From positions 890,911-954,910 of the forward strand of contig NMRA01000073.1 in NCBI GenBank assembly GCA_002633005.1: a stretch of DNA of 64,000 nt, read 5' to 3'. This document shows, in pieces, positions 1-12,123 of this stretch (the first letter of the stretch is position 1; every line of letters starts with the position of its first letter). The stretch is from Phoronis australis (lineage: Eukaryota > Animalia > Phoronida). Below the pieces are notes generated by a model. The model did no database searches. It was not told where the DNA came from and was given only the letters and a program-made list of their open reading frames with translations. The translations under genes were made by a program, and so were the position numbers.

Positions 1-447
1 GGATGATTGGTGCACGCAATTTCTGTAGGAATTTTTCCGATTAAAAACGAGCTATTCTTAAATTTCTATGAATAAGCTCAGATGACCGTGTACAAATTAA
101 ATAGACAATTAGCATTCAATGGTTTAAGATAATACACCAGGCGACTAATTTACTTTCAAAACAGCACGCATAAAAATAGTGTACTTTGACATTTAATTGT
201 AATCTATACATTGCTCATAGCATTTAGCAATACATACAACGCAAAGAGGATAGATGACTGTTAGAATAACTTGAATATTTTGGCAACACGGATGAAACAG
301 CACAATGACGACACTGTCATTGTGCTGACATGCGCATTTGTTTATAGGCGGACATCGTTGTCGTTTCAGATTTCCTTCCTCGACTACATATGTTATATTC
401 CGTTGTTCCTGTCTTTCCACGACAACATATGTGACAACCCCTTGGAT

Positions 448-1234
448 ATGTCCAACAGCAAATACACTCCCCAGACTCGTCGAGTTGGCTCCGCCAAGAG
501 AGACATGAACCCTCTTGGGAATCACTTGAAGAAAAACAGTCCGTTTCAGATGAGGTTAAAGGCCAATGAGTTATTGGATGGAAAGAAGCCGGATGTTGAG
601 GCGGTGAAACAGGAAAACTTAGCGCTTCTTGAAATGTCGAAAAACCAAAAGTAGGTGACTTAAGAGTTTACTAAAAGGGCGGCGTTCCGTGCTCGCAAGA
701 AACTCGCAAAAACGGAAGATCACGCCGGTCTGCGAGATATCGTTATGCATTACATGCCGAGCAAGCGACCACACTAGCTTTTTTCGCCAGTGTCTTGCGC
801 CTACGGAACGCAGCCTAGACATCGCGGGACTTTGTACGCGGAAATTATGTTGTCACGATGTGTACAGGTATTTGTATCGGCACAGACCGCGTTCAGTTAT
901 TAGAATCATAGTGTGTATTGCTACTGTTTCGTCCTTTCTTTGGCCATTTTGCTGTTGGTGGTTAAGCAAGTTATCGATGTTTTTTGGCTTTCAGAATACC
1001 AGCCATGATAAATATTTGTTTATCATATTCATTTCTTGAAACGATCGAGTCTCTTTTGAAGGTCGTTTATTAAAGTCCAATAATGGAGATTGAAATTCTT
1101 TGTGAGTACCCGACTTTAACGGTCCCTTGTAATTTGAAACAAACGTAACATTAATTTATTTCAGATTACCAGATATCATAGATTCGAAAATGACAAAGCA
1201 GGATAAGAAGACAACTAAGAAGAACAAGAGATAG
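448..1234 (+). CDS. Small basic orphan protein, 2 exons (448-650, 1165-1234), about 90 aa
   Basis: ATG at 448. The donor AA|GTAGGT at 651 (phase 2) and acceptor TTTCAG|A at 1165 join in frame to ...MSKNQKLPDIIDSKMTKQDKKTTKKNKR*. No family recognised. Confidence 0.4.
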
Positions 1235-1823
1235 TGCCTGTGTCCACTAGGTAACTTCTTGGATGGGTGCAGTCAGTCAGTGCTGGTCCTCGCGAGCAAA
1301 GGGTAGACAGATCATGCATATATTGTGATATCTTGTGTTGACTTGCGTGCTGTCGCTTAAGTCGCAAAAATCTAGACTCACTGAACACATTCCTGTGTTT
1401 AGGAAACGAACCAAACTTTACTCAAGACTCGACTCGAAAAAGAACCAACCACATAGTTAGCTTTTCAGGCTTTACTGGACGCGTTAGTTCAAACGTTAGT
1501 GGTGTCTCGAGTGATGTTTGGCGACAAAGCTTGAGAAATGTAATCATTAATCTTAAGGCGAAAGAACCAAAATCCATACTGTTCAAAATACGTCTTTAAT
1601 ATTAAAATGTTTTGGTTGAAGCTTTAAGGAAACTGGTCGTTAATTATTTATTAATTTTAATTCCAAAAGGTAAGCAAGTAGCTGTGATAGAAATTGTATA
1701 TAAACTAGTTTCTGTGGTCGTTTTAAGCAGAGCACGATTGTGTAGTTCTCTCACACCTATGGCCTATATCAATTGTAAATGTGTTGCCATAACGTCCTAC
1801 TGTTGTAACGTGACGTCATTGTT

Positions 1824-2069
1824 CATGCGCGCACCCAGCCTTTAATATGGGGACTCGAATTTCTGGCGATGAGGACTTTTTACTGACAAAAAAGGACTAA
1901 AAAACGGGGTACCACTTTCAAAACTGTGACCTGTGCGTCTACACCTTTTTAGTGGACTTTTGTATCGTTTTCTAGGACTTTTTGTTTCTCTGAGGCGGAC
2001 ATTGTTTTGCCCAACTCTCCAAATAGGGGCTCATTGGAGCCGCCCGAGTACCCCCTGGGTTCGCGCATG
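1824..2069. mobile_element. MITE with 15-bp TIR CATGCGCGCACCCAG and 5-bp TSD TTGTT
   Basis: TTGTT|CATGCGCGCACCCAG ... CTGGGTTCGCGCATG|TTGTT. Same family as 39270-39523, in the opposite orientation. Confidence 0.8.
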
Positions 2070-4420
2070 TTGTTTTATCAAGACTCTGACTTTCATGTAA
2101 CGGGCGTAACTTCAACTCTTCCAAATTTCGCGGTATCTCGTGTCATGAATAACCAGAATCTCGTCATTCAAATGACTATGTTAATTAAACATTTTATTTT
2201 TCAGTTAAATTAAGCGTTTTTCATGGTTAAACCTATTTGTTAGTCATTTTCTCATACACCTTATAATTGTGGTAGATTCCAGCAGAGTGACATAATTTTA
2301 TTTACCAGAGGTCTTGGATATAGTAAATTGTTGTACATACGAAAGTTAACTATTTTATATTTTGTTCATTTTTGAAACAAATAAGTTTATTTCAAGTGTG
2401 CCAAATTTTTATTTGTTTTGCACTGCGGGATTGTGGTATGTTAAGGTGGGTTTAATTTAGCGATTCCTTCGTCGTACATACGTGTACTGTGTTCATTGCA
2501 ACTGAAATGTGGTGCTACTTCTGAGGAAATAAAACACGATAACATTTCATTAAACGGTGTATTTTTTCACTCTTTGCTATTGAAGGCTTCATAAATACGC
2601 GCCTGAACTCTAGAGAGCGATCTTTATATCACCTGTATCCACCATGTATGTTGAACTCATTAATCTTTGGTTTTGAGCTCCGATATAGTTCCACAGTGTG
2701 TATACAAAACCTGGTGTGCACAGTATAGAGAGTCGGAGACTTCAAAAACCTTGCACGAACCGGTTTCTAGAAATTTTTTTCCACCTCATTACTCACGACC
2801 ATCGCAAGTTGCTTAAAAAGAACACCAAATCATGAGTCACTCCAAATCCACGAACCATTGCTATGTGATTACTATGAACTGACAAAGGAATCTGTACATC
2901 GGATTCAATGGTTTGCTCCTCTTGGAACCATTCTACCCAGATATCTTCGATGTTTGTTCTCAACACTTGCACTTCGCTAAGATCCAATTTCAAGTGTCAA
3001 ATTCGGAACACGGCGCAATCGTAACGAAACTCTGGCAAAGTATAGGCTCTCCCGCGATAACCCAGGCGACCGGCAGTGGCGCTGCACACTACGACTCCCG
3101 GTTTCCGTCGTCTGCTTCACTGTGCAATGAAGAAAATTACTTCATTATTTAAAGAAAATGGAATCTGCGTGGCGATAAAAAAACAGAAGCTAGTGGTAAG
3201 ATGTGAATTTTAATTGAAGCCTTAGTGAAACTCTCTTTGTCAAACCTTACTTAAGACGATTTCCAAAGCAATCGCGTCATTAATGCCAACACAAAAAAGA
3301 CTATTTTAAATACAACAAATTTGTTACGAACTGATTGCACAAAATATAAAAAGTATAATAAGCATTACAAAAAGAAGTAGGTTTCGCGCGCAAACGCTGT
3401 GGACCATAAACAAGTAGGTCTCTTATTACCAAAAAAATGAGTGAAATCGTGGTGGAGTAGTGGTGAACCACGTGCGCTCTATCAGCCAGGTCGTGAGTTT
3501 GAGTCTGTGATCATTGCACTTTTTTATGTTTGACACGTTCTCCATTTTTTTCTTTTTATTTGCCTTTTTTCTTGGATAATACTTCAGGAATCAAGGAAAA
3601 TGCTTGATTGTTAGAGGAAAAAAACAAAAAAAAAAACATTCCTGGGCGGGAGGGGGGTCGCCCCCTCCCGACCTCCCCCCATTCGGTGCTATGCGCATCT
3701 AATCGTGCTTTGCACAAATGTTTTCAGACAAAATTTTGCCCCCCCCCTTATGATATCCTAGATCCGCCACTGTGTCTGGCCTGTTGGATGTCGCACAATT
3801 AAAATACTGCTGGTGTGCGGGCCAGTCACGTTACCCATTTTGATTATACGATAATTTAATTTTGAATATCTACCTCTACGAAAATCGACAGATTCATAGA
3901 TGATAACTAGTAGTTGTTATATCTGCAACTGTACCGCGTTAAGAAAAACTGAATTAGAACTTGAGTGAAACAAATATTATTATCTGCCTCTAAAAGGTAG
4001 CGCTACGATGGAGGACTCATTGCAGCCTCAAGATGGCGCTGATAGGTTTAGCCATTTCAGGCTTGGTTGTGGGAAATACATGTACTTTGTGCGCAATGAT
4101 TGGCGTCATTAAAACAAAGGCAGGTTTCAATTACTTTCACAGGCGTTGTGCTAGTCATGAAGCTGAGAAGGCATTGTTTTGGTTCGCGGTTATTTTAAAT
4201 TCCTTTTTATTAATAGTATAATAGAAATCAATATGTTTTCGAATCAAAACACATCATTTTGCAATAGTTGACACCTTAATTTCCTGCATCATACCGTTAT
4301 TTTTCATTTTTATTTTATAGGCCCTACTGCAGATATTTTCAAGCGTCAAATAGCTAACCCCCCGGCCGATCAGAGCCATCTTGAGGCTGAGGGACGAGGC
4401 TGGACTGTTCAATGAACGAT

Positions 4421-4696
4421 CACGTGACTGGGAATTTCCCTGCCCAGATCATGAACAGAATATCCCGTGGGATGGCTTTTAAACTACATTACAGGCGCGA
4501 ATAATGCTGCTAGATTCCAATTGTAATTTTTTTATGATAGACAGCCTTCAGTTTGTCGATCACTTACTAGTCATTTTGCCTCCCACGTGACCTATTTCCA
4601 GGAAATTGGTCAGGGCTACCGACTATCAGTCTCATGGAAGACCACATCAAGCAGGTACTCTAGTTCAACAGAAAGCACGTAACCTGTCTATAAATA
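4421..4696 (+). promoter_or_regulatory. Putative promoter of the ANK-caspase gene: E-boxes, NF-kB site, STAT/GAS site, TATA box
   Basis: CACGTG 4421-4426 and 4584-4589; GGGAATTTCCC 4430-4440; TTCCAGGAA 4596-4604; TATAAATA 4689-4696, about 370 bp upstream of the ATG at 5068. Confidence 0.5.
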
Positions 4697-5067
4697 GCTA
4701 TTTGTATGGAGCCAGAGATCAATAGTGTACAAACACTCCTACCTGAGGGATTCCATATATCACGAACCTCTTCCGTGGCGTTCAGCTAGGATTCCCGAAT
4801 CACTGAATTGCGGTCGTCCATTGTACGTAGACTGCCTGCGGTTACCGGAATGCCTTCGTAACGCAGAAACAGCAGTTCAATTCAATGGCAAGACTGCTGT
4901 GTACCGCTGGCAGCCTTGATTCAACCGTCGTTATCATAAATACTACAGGGTGGGAAATGAGCCAATATGAATTCCGCCGACCGCCGAACGAATCATGGAC
5001 CTGGAAGCACTCAGGGTGACGCACAGTACGTGTTGCGTCTTTTTCGTCCAAGAAGTGATTTAAGAAG

Positions 5068-7072
5068 ATGAGTAAAATGAGTAATACAAAGGATCAGTCG
5101 TACACTGAAGGCCATCCTGAGGACCATTACGTCGTGGCGTTGACGGATTTAGCTCAAAACATGAATGAAATGAGAAACACGTCTCTCATCGTTGCTTGTA
5201 AAAGAAATCACGAGGATCATGTAAAAATTTTGCTTTCTTCGAATCTCGACGACGTCAACCACGTCAATATCCATGGTGAAAGCGCTCTGTTCGCCGCGAT
5301 CAGGAATGAAAATGAATGTATCGTCATAGCGCTGGTTGAAGCCGGGAGTGCCGTGAACATTCAGAATAATTCTGGTGACTCTCCGCTAATGGTCGCCTGT
5401 GGCGTAAAGAACCTCAACATTGTTAAAATCTTGCTGCACCAAGGTGCCGATGTCGGTTTGATTAACGATCGAAACGAAACAGCCCTTCTTATAGCGATTA
5501 CGCGCTGCAGTGTTCCTATTTTGGAACTTCTCGCTTCCCGTGCTGGAAGCTCAGTGGTGAACTTTCAGCTTGAAAACGGCAATACACCTCTGATGGAGGC
5601 CTGTAGGGAGAACGCGGGATTACAAATTGTTCAAGTTCTTCTTGACAACCACGCACGTGTAGACATGACAAACAATTGCGACGAAAATTCTCTCTACATG
5701 GCTATTAGATCTGGGAATACGGAGGTTGTGAAGATCTTGCTTGATGCCGGATGTGCGGTAAACATTGAGAATCGGGATGGAACGACGCCACTAATAGAGG
5801 CGTGTAAGCAAAACCTTGACGTAAGAACTATTACCGACATAATAAGCAAATGTCACGTCGACTACATCAACAAAACTTCCATGAAAAGTGAAAATGCTTT
5901 GATGAAAGTCGTTCGCCATGGAAACACAGAAATTGTGCGACGCCTCATTGACGCAGGCCACAATGTTGATATACTTAATAATGTTGGCTACACCCCATTG
6001 CTGGTTGCATGTGAGAAGAATTTCACAGAGATAGCCATTGTACTGATAGATAAATGTCACAAGGGTTACATCAACATAACATGTCTAGAAAATGAAAATG
6101 CTTTGATGAAAGCTGTTCGCAATGGAAATTCAGACCTTGTTAGACGTCTTATTGCTGCTGGATGTTCAATGGACATGCGCAATGATAGTGGCTACACCCC
6201 ATTGCTGGTTGCCTGTGGAAATGACTCCACTGAAATAGCAATTATGTTGATTGAAAATCATGTAGATGTTAACACATTAGGCCCGGAAAATGAAAATGCC
6301 CTTTTCTCAGCTGTCTCCAACAACAATGCGTTTGTAGTTAAAAGTCTCATTGAAGCTGGAATTGACGTTGATGCTATCTGCGATGTGGGGATAACGCCAC
6401 TTACGCTGTCTGTTTTGTATTCTAATCATGACATCGCCAAAATTCTTATCGATGCCAACTGTGACGTAAATGGTGAGGCCACCGTTCTGTCACCGTTAAT
6501 GGCTGCTGTGCTGGGAAAAGGTGATGCTTTGCTCAAAAGTCTCATTGGTACCCAGTGTGATGATAGCAATGGACATCCTTCAGACACATTGAATTCTAAA
6601 CAAAGAATGGTGAGTTCTTTAGTTGAGGCTGGTGCCGATGTTTCCAGGATCGGTTACCATGGCCTCACCCCCCTTATCGCAGCTGTTGATGCGCAAGCTG
6701 TTAATGAACCCGTCGTTACATCACTTCTTAATTCCAAAGGCATCAACGTTAACTATGTTTACGACAATGGAACTTCTAAGATGTCTGCAATACATTTTGC
6801 CGCTGCAAGGGGCCATGTCCAATGCATCAAAAGCCTCATTGCGCGCGGTGCGTGTGCTGCAGGTACAGCTGAATACTGTGGTGAAGACAGCTGGACTTTG
6901 GCTCATTTCGCTGCCGCGTTTGGGCACACAGAATTGCTTCTTTATGTTAAGAATGAGCTGACGGACATCATTGACATTAAAGCAGTGAATAGCGCAGGAA
7001 AGTCACCGCTGGATTTGGCACGTGAGAAATGCAACAGGGGGGCTGTTGAAATTTTGTCGACGGAATTGCCTG
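5068..7072 (+). CDS. Ankyrin-repeat exon (exon 1 of the ANK-caspase gene)
   Basis: 668 codons of tandem ~33-aa ANK repeats (GDSPLMVAC, GNTPLMEAC, GYTPLLVAC, GKSPLDLA). Donor G|GTAAGT at 7073. Confidence 0.95.
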
Positions 7073-10000
7073 GTAAGTGGACCGCGTTCATTTTGACATC
7101 TGATCATATGAGTCATTGACTAGCCCACGCTCACTTTAATGGTAAAGTTAATTTTTTTCTACTGTGAGAAGACATTCTCCCAGTGGCCATCACTGTTCAC
7201 CACCTCGACGCTTCCGGTCCTATTTGGTCTACTATGCAGAGCTGGTAATCCGCACGCGACGTAACTTGCCAACCAACATAATAACCAGCTGTCCTTTACT
7301 CTTGCACTTTAGCTTAATTCAACCTTATAATTAATGCAGTTGACGTCGCCAACTTTTCGTGCTGTCACAAATGCACAGCATTCTTGGTCAGGTGACCTGC
7401 ATTTTGCATATTTCTGACAAAAACAAAACGGGCAGTTTTGGCAGTGTATTTATATGTCTCGTGTTATCCACATGTAATTGTTTAATAGACTTTGTTTTAC
7501 CAATCAAAAGATTAAACAGTTAAGCAGCTCCATTCCAGCCAGGACCGTCATTTAATTGTATACCTGCCTGATATTAGCTGACCCATTCTCTTCCCCCAAG
7601 TGGTTTCAGGTGGTCCACCAATCAGTTTAGCGTTTTATTGTTTGTGTTTCATCATAGGTAATCAACCCTGTGTTTCTCATAAACTTCTCTGCATCCTGTT
7701 AACTACGGAATAGGTATCATAGAAACTCTCTGAATTTTACAGAAATAGATCTACTGTTGTCGACTGTTACAGTTGTACAGTCGAGTCAGTGGAAACTGAT
7801 TCTAACCCAGTCGTTAATATTTGATCGTGAGACGGGAATTTCGTGCATATTCATGAACTAAGTTGACAAGGGGAAAGCCGCCCAAAGTGGGACCTCAAAA
7901 TCTAGACTTCGATGAACTTTTTTAGACGCGAAAACATCGCAAAAATACATACCGAGACATCGACATTCATCGCGAGTGAAGTTCTAGGCTACACCAGCTT
8001 TACTCGCGATACGTTCTTGCATCTATGGAACACGGGTCAGATTAATTCTGGCGTTATGTTTATGAGTTAAGTAGGTGAACAGAATGAACCGAAAATTGTC
8101 ATTTTTTACATACACTCATATCGAGCAATAATACTATATTATTTTTACTTTAGAAACTGCATCTGGGCCGACTCTATGGCACGACGACGAGAAAAAGTCA
8201 GACAATGCATGTAAGTTAGAGGCATTTCTCTCTATAGACCTTCGGCGGCCTTTCTTTACGGTTCTCCGTGTAAGTACCACTTCTTCATCGATGATTTTGG
8301 CACCAGTCTTCAGATCACTCAGTTTACAGCTGAGTCGATCAGAGCTACGTGGTGTGCCCACGCACCTCTGAGCTTATAATGCCAGCCCGCACTTGGGACA
8401 CTTATTCTTTCACAGCGGTGCTGTCACCTGTAGAGTATTGTAGCACTGAGATAGATCGAGCGATCCATCTTGATTAGGCACTATTGGTCTTATTAGCAAC
8501 TTGCCGCCTATTGTTCTTTCAGGTGAGAGCAACAGAACAGAGTCAGATAGCGAGAAGTCTGGACAGCAATATTCCCAGTCAATCGATATTCCTTACAGAA
8601 TGAAACATCCATGCGGTTTGATCATTGTTGTCAACAACAAAACGTTTCACCATTTGGGCAGACGAGTCGGCAGTGACAAGGATGTTGGTAAATATTTAAG
8701 TGGCTACAAACTGACATTCTGTGAAAGAAGTGAATTTTATTTAAGATCACTTCCGGCCATTAAACTGTAGAATTGGTCTCAACTTGTTCCTAGCCAATAC
8801 ACAGTCCGGCCCTATTTTGTGACTGTTTCATACTACTGGACACTGGAATCTGCGAGTGTGCGATGGGATTTTAGTCGGGTTACAAATGACGACCTAGCGG
8901 TTTTCATAGCCGTGTGGCACAGGCTGGATAAAGTTGACGTGTTGCCCTGACGGTAGCCGCGTTTCCTCGTCCACGCAAAACAACAACGTAAAAGATTTTC
9001 CGAAAATGCTGTCTTGTTTCCGAAAGCTAGGTCTTCCATTTGCAGCCATTCACAACTAATACAAGATCAACCATCCCGGGTGCACACACACAAGGTACGA
9101 TACAACAATAACTAAGATTGTAATACTCCAAGTCGAAGTTCCAACAGATGTACAGACTACCTCATCGCGGTTATTGTTGTTACGTACGTCGAATTACATT
9201 CTGTGTGCACATGGTGGAAGATCGAAATGTATGTATGCCTAGAATTGAAACCAAGGGCTTTAAACGATGACACGCAACATGATATATGCCGACAAATATT
9301 GATAGGCTTCAAAATTACAAACACGTTAGAATGTCATTTTCTGCATTTTAGAACGAGTGGTAACCATGTTTTCAAAGCTGGACTTTCAAGTGAAGGTGCA
9401 CACAGATTTGACGGCTACAAAAATCGAGGACTGCTTTGAACACTACCGTCGCCAACGTCTCAAACAGTTCAGCTGTATTTTCGTCTTCGTGATGAGCCAC
9501 GGTCTGCAGAATCACATTTGTGGAGTTGACGGGAACAGTGTTCCTATCATAGACATCACAAGCAAATTCAAAGCAGAACGATGCACCAACTTGCGAGGGA
9601 AACCCAAGTGTTTCTTTTTTGTTGCCTGTCAGACCACAACCCATAAGATGGTGGATGGTCGTTCGTAAGTATATGTCATTTTATAAGTTTTAGGATGCTT
9701 GTCAGCTACCTGGAAGCTTTATTGAACTGCCCAACATAGCAAACGTTCTAAATTGTATAGTAACCTGAGGACGCTGAGAAGTACTTTGGTAGACAAGTCG
9801 ATAGTACCAATGAGCACGCAACTGACATTTCAACTTTGAACGTTCAAAATGACGGGATGTTATCAAGTGTATGTTAAATGACATTGATGCGAGTTAGAGT
9901 GAGATGTGCACGTAACGGAATTTGTCTTCACATCAAACCATTTCAGTTTTAGTTTGAATGGTTTCCTACACTGTAAATCGAAATTTCTGAATTGAAATGA

Positions 10001-12123
10001 CATACAAAATTGATTAAATACACACTTGTTGTTATTAACAATCTTTATTCGTATCCTTGGAACAAAGTTCGACACTCATCAGAACATTGGTGAAGCAACT
10101 GACCAAGAGCTTAAAGACACACGATATTTTGAAACAAATTGTCATTCTTTGCAGTATTTCACACCTGCCGTGTCCCACTCTGTATATGTCTCCAGCTTTT
10201 GGTCTGTGGTGGTATTACTGCGTCATTTTATTTCCACTTGAGAATGAAACAAATGTTTTGGTACATCGTGAGTCTTTTAATCATGTCTCTTGGTCAGTTG
10301 CTATAGTACAGTATTGCACGTATTTGGCCAAATACCATCACAGACTTGTAGATAAGGTCCTACCATAACCTTAAGATGATTTTTATACAGGCAAGTACTA
10401 AGCTGGTTCTATTTCATGCTTAGGAATGTTGGTGCGAACACTCCTGGAAATCAAACGGAAGACATTCTATCCAGAGACGCCTCGTCTGGCTTTCCTGTCC
10501 AATCAAAAAGTAAATATTTTTTTTTCTCGAATGGTTATGCACAACCTGTTTAAAATGTTTCGTTTTGTGTTATCAAAATGATATCAGTTTCAGCGCACAG
10601 ATGATCTAAAATGGTTTGTATTTAAAGTAATGTTGCTCTCCATCAAAAATGACATGCAATAACGAACTTCCGGGTCTTTGCAAGACCAAAAGTTAATCAA
10701 CAAGGAAAAGTCCGAAATTAGTTTTATTACGGCAAGTGGTCTAAACACAGAAAACAAACTTTGATGGATAGCGTCTTTGTAGCAGCTTCAAATGGAATAT
10801 CGGATAGTTTTATAGTTAAATAAAATAGAAATTAATAAAAAGTCAAGACACATTTATGGCCCTCAGAAAATTCGTTAATTAGTACCATTCCGTTGTATAC
10901 TACATTACTTTTTTATTTTATTGCTCTAAACTGTTTTTTCCTGATAAGTAACTGTTGGATACAATGGTGTCGCGTGATTTCTTCAAAGCAGTTCATTACC
11001 ATCTTAAAGTAAATTTCAGTGATGAAACGGAATTGGCGATGAAATTTTTTATCCGGTTTAATGTTTACAGCAGGTGAAATCCAGGTTAATTATATTCCTG
11101 CCGATGAGAAGGATTTCTATGTGGTTTATTCGACAACACCAGGCCAGAGCTCTTGTCGAACGGTAAACGGAACGCCCTTTGTACAACTTCTCATAGAAAA
11201 GATAGACAAATATATACCGAAGGGAAGATGCATCACCGAAATTGTCAAGTCCCTGAACAAACATATGACGAAGAAACACAGTCAGTCATCCTTGGCATTT
11301 GAATCACTGAGGAAGAAAGTTGTACTACAGAACGATGTTACCGGATCTCGTCGAAGGGAAGAGGTTCCTGAATTTGACACCAACCATGTTACTTCGTCTT
11401 TGCCAAATGTAAGTTTTTTTATAAAAAAGTTATCATGATTTCACTGTCAACCACACAGATGACAATCAGCTCTTATTATTCTCAAAGTAACGTGAAATTG
11501 AAGATCACTCGCAAAATTTCAGTTACTGAGAAGTACGAGTAATCATTCGGAATCTGTTGAAAATGGCCATGTGTCCACTTGCATAGTCCTGTCAGATTTG
11601 TAGAAAGCTGTTGAGAAAATGTGGAGGAATTCGAAATGAACGTACGTTTTATTAAGTATTCGTATGCTCAACTGATTTTCTCATGTTTGCCGCGGTCTGT
11701 AAATGGTTGACGCATCGTAGGTCCAATTTGGACAGACGTGTCCAGCAAACAGGTTTATCATTGTTTGCAAGATTTCTCTTTAAGGAGTGTCCTGATACTG
11801 GAGCTACTGCAGCCACTGCGTCACAACTGGGAACCATTACCGAATACTTGGAAGTGGAAGACGACGAGCTGGTGACGACCAGCGATGCTCTGGAACAGCG
11901 CGTGCAAGAAGACATGAACCTACAAGAACCGGCAGCAAAAGCTCCTGATAGTGATTACACGGACGACAGCGAACCCGATAGCGACGATTTCAAAAAGTTA
12001 GAGTCCTTCGCTCAGCAAAAGACGAAGAGAAAAATTAAACGGAAACGCCCAGTGTTTGCTAGAGCACGCGGTCGTCCGGAATACTCTGCAACACGCGGTA
12101 GGGGCAGGATCAACCGCTGGTAG
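5068..12123 (+). CDS. Ankyrin-repeat/caspase (peptidase C14A) fusion protein, about 1100 aa. Exons 5068-7072, 8154-8210, 8523-8687, 9352-9664, 10424-10509, 11071-11408, 11785-12123
   Basis: All six introns are GT-AG with matching phases (1,1,1,2,1,0); total 3303 nt. Exon 1 holds about 17 ankyrin repeats (G.TPL..A). p20 motifs: YRMKHPCGLIIVVNN, RVGSDKD, VMSHG, LRGKPKCFFFVACQ. p10 motifs: DFYVVYSTTPGQSSCR, GTPFVQ, SLRKKV. AATAAA at 12335. Confidence 0.85.
9352..9664 (+). CDS. Caspase p20 catalytic exon (His-Cys dyad)
   Basis: FSKLDFQV..HTDLT, FVFVMSHG, ICGVDG, LRGKPKCFFFVACQ. Confidence 0.9.
11071..11408 (+). CDS. Caspase p10 exon
   Basis: IPADEKDFYVVYSTTPGQSSCRTVNGTPFVQLL...SLRKKVVL. NAGNAG acceptor CAGCAG at 11068-11073; donor GTAAGT at 11409. 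Confidence 0.85.
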
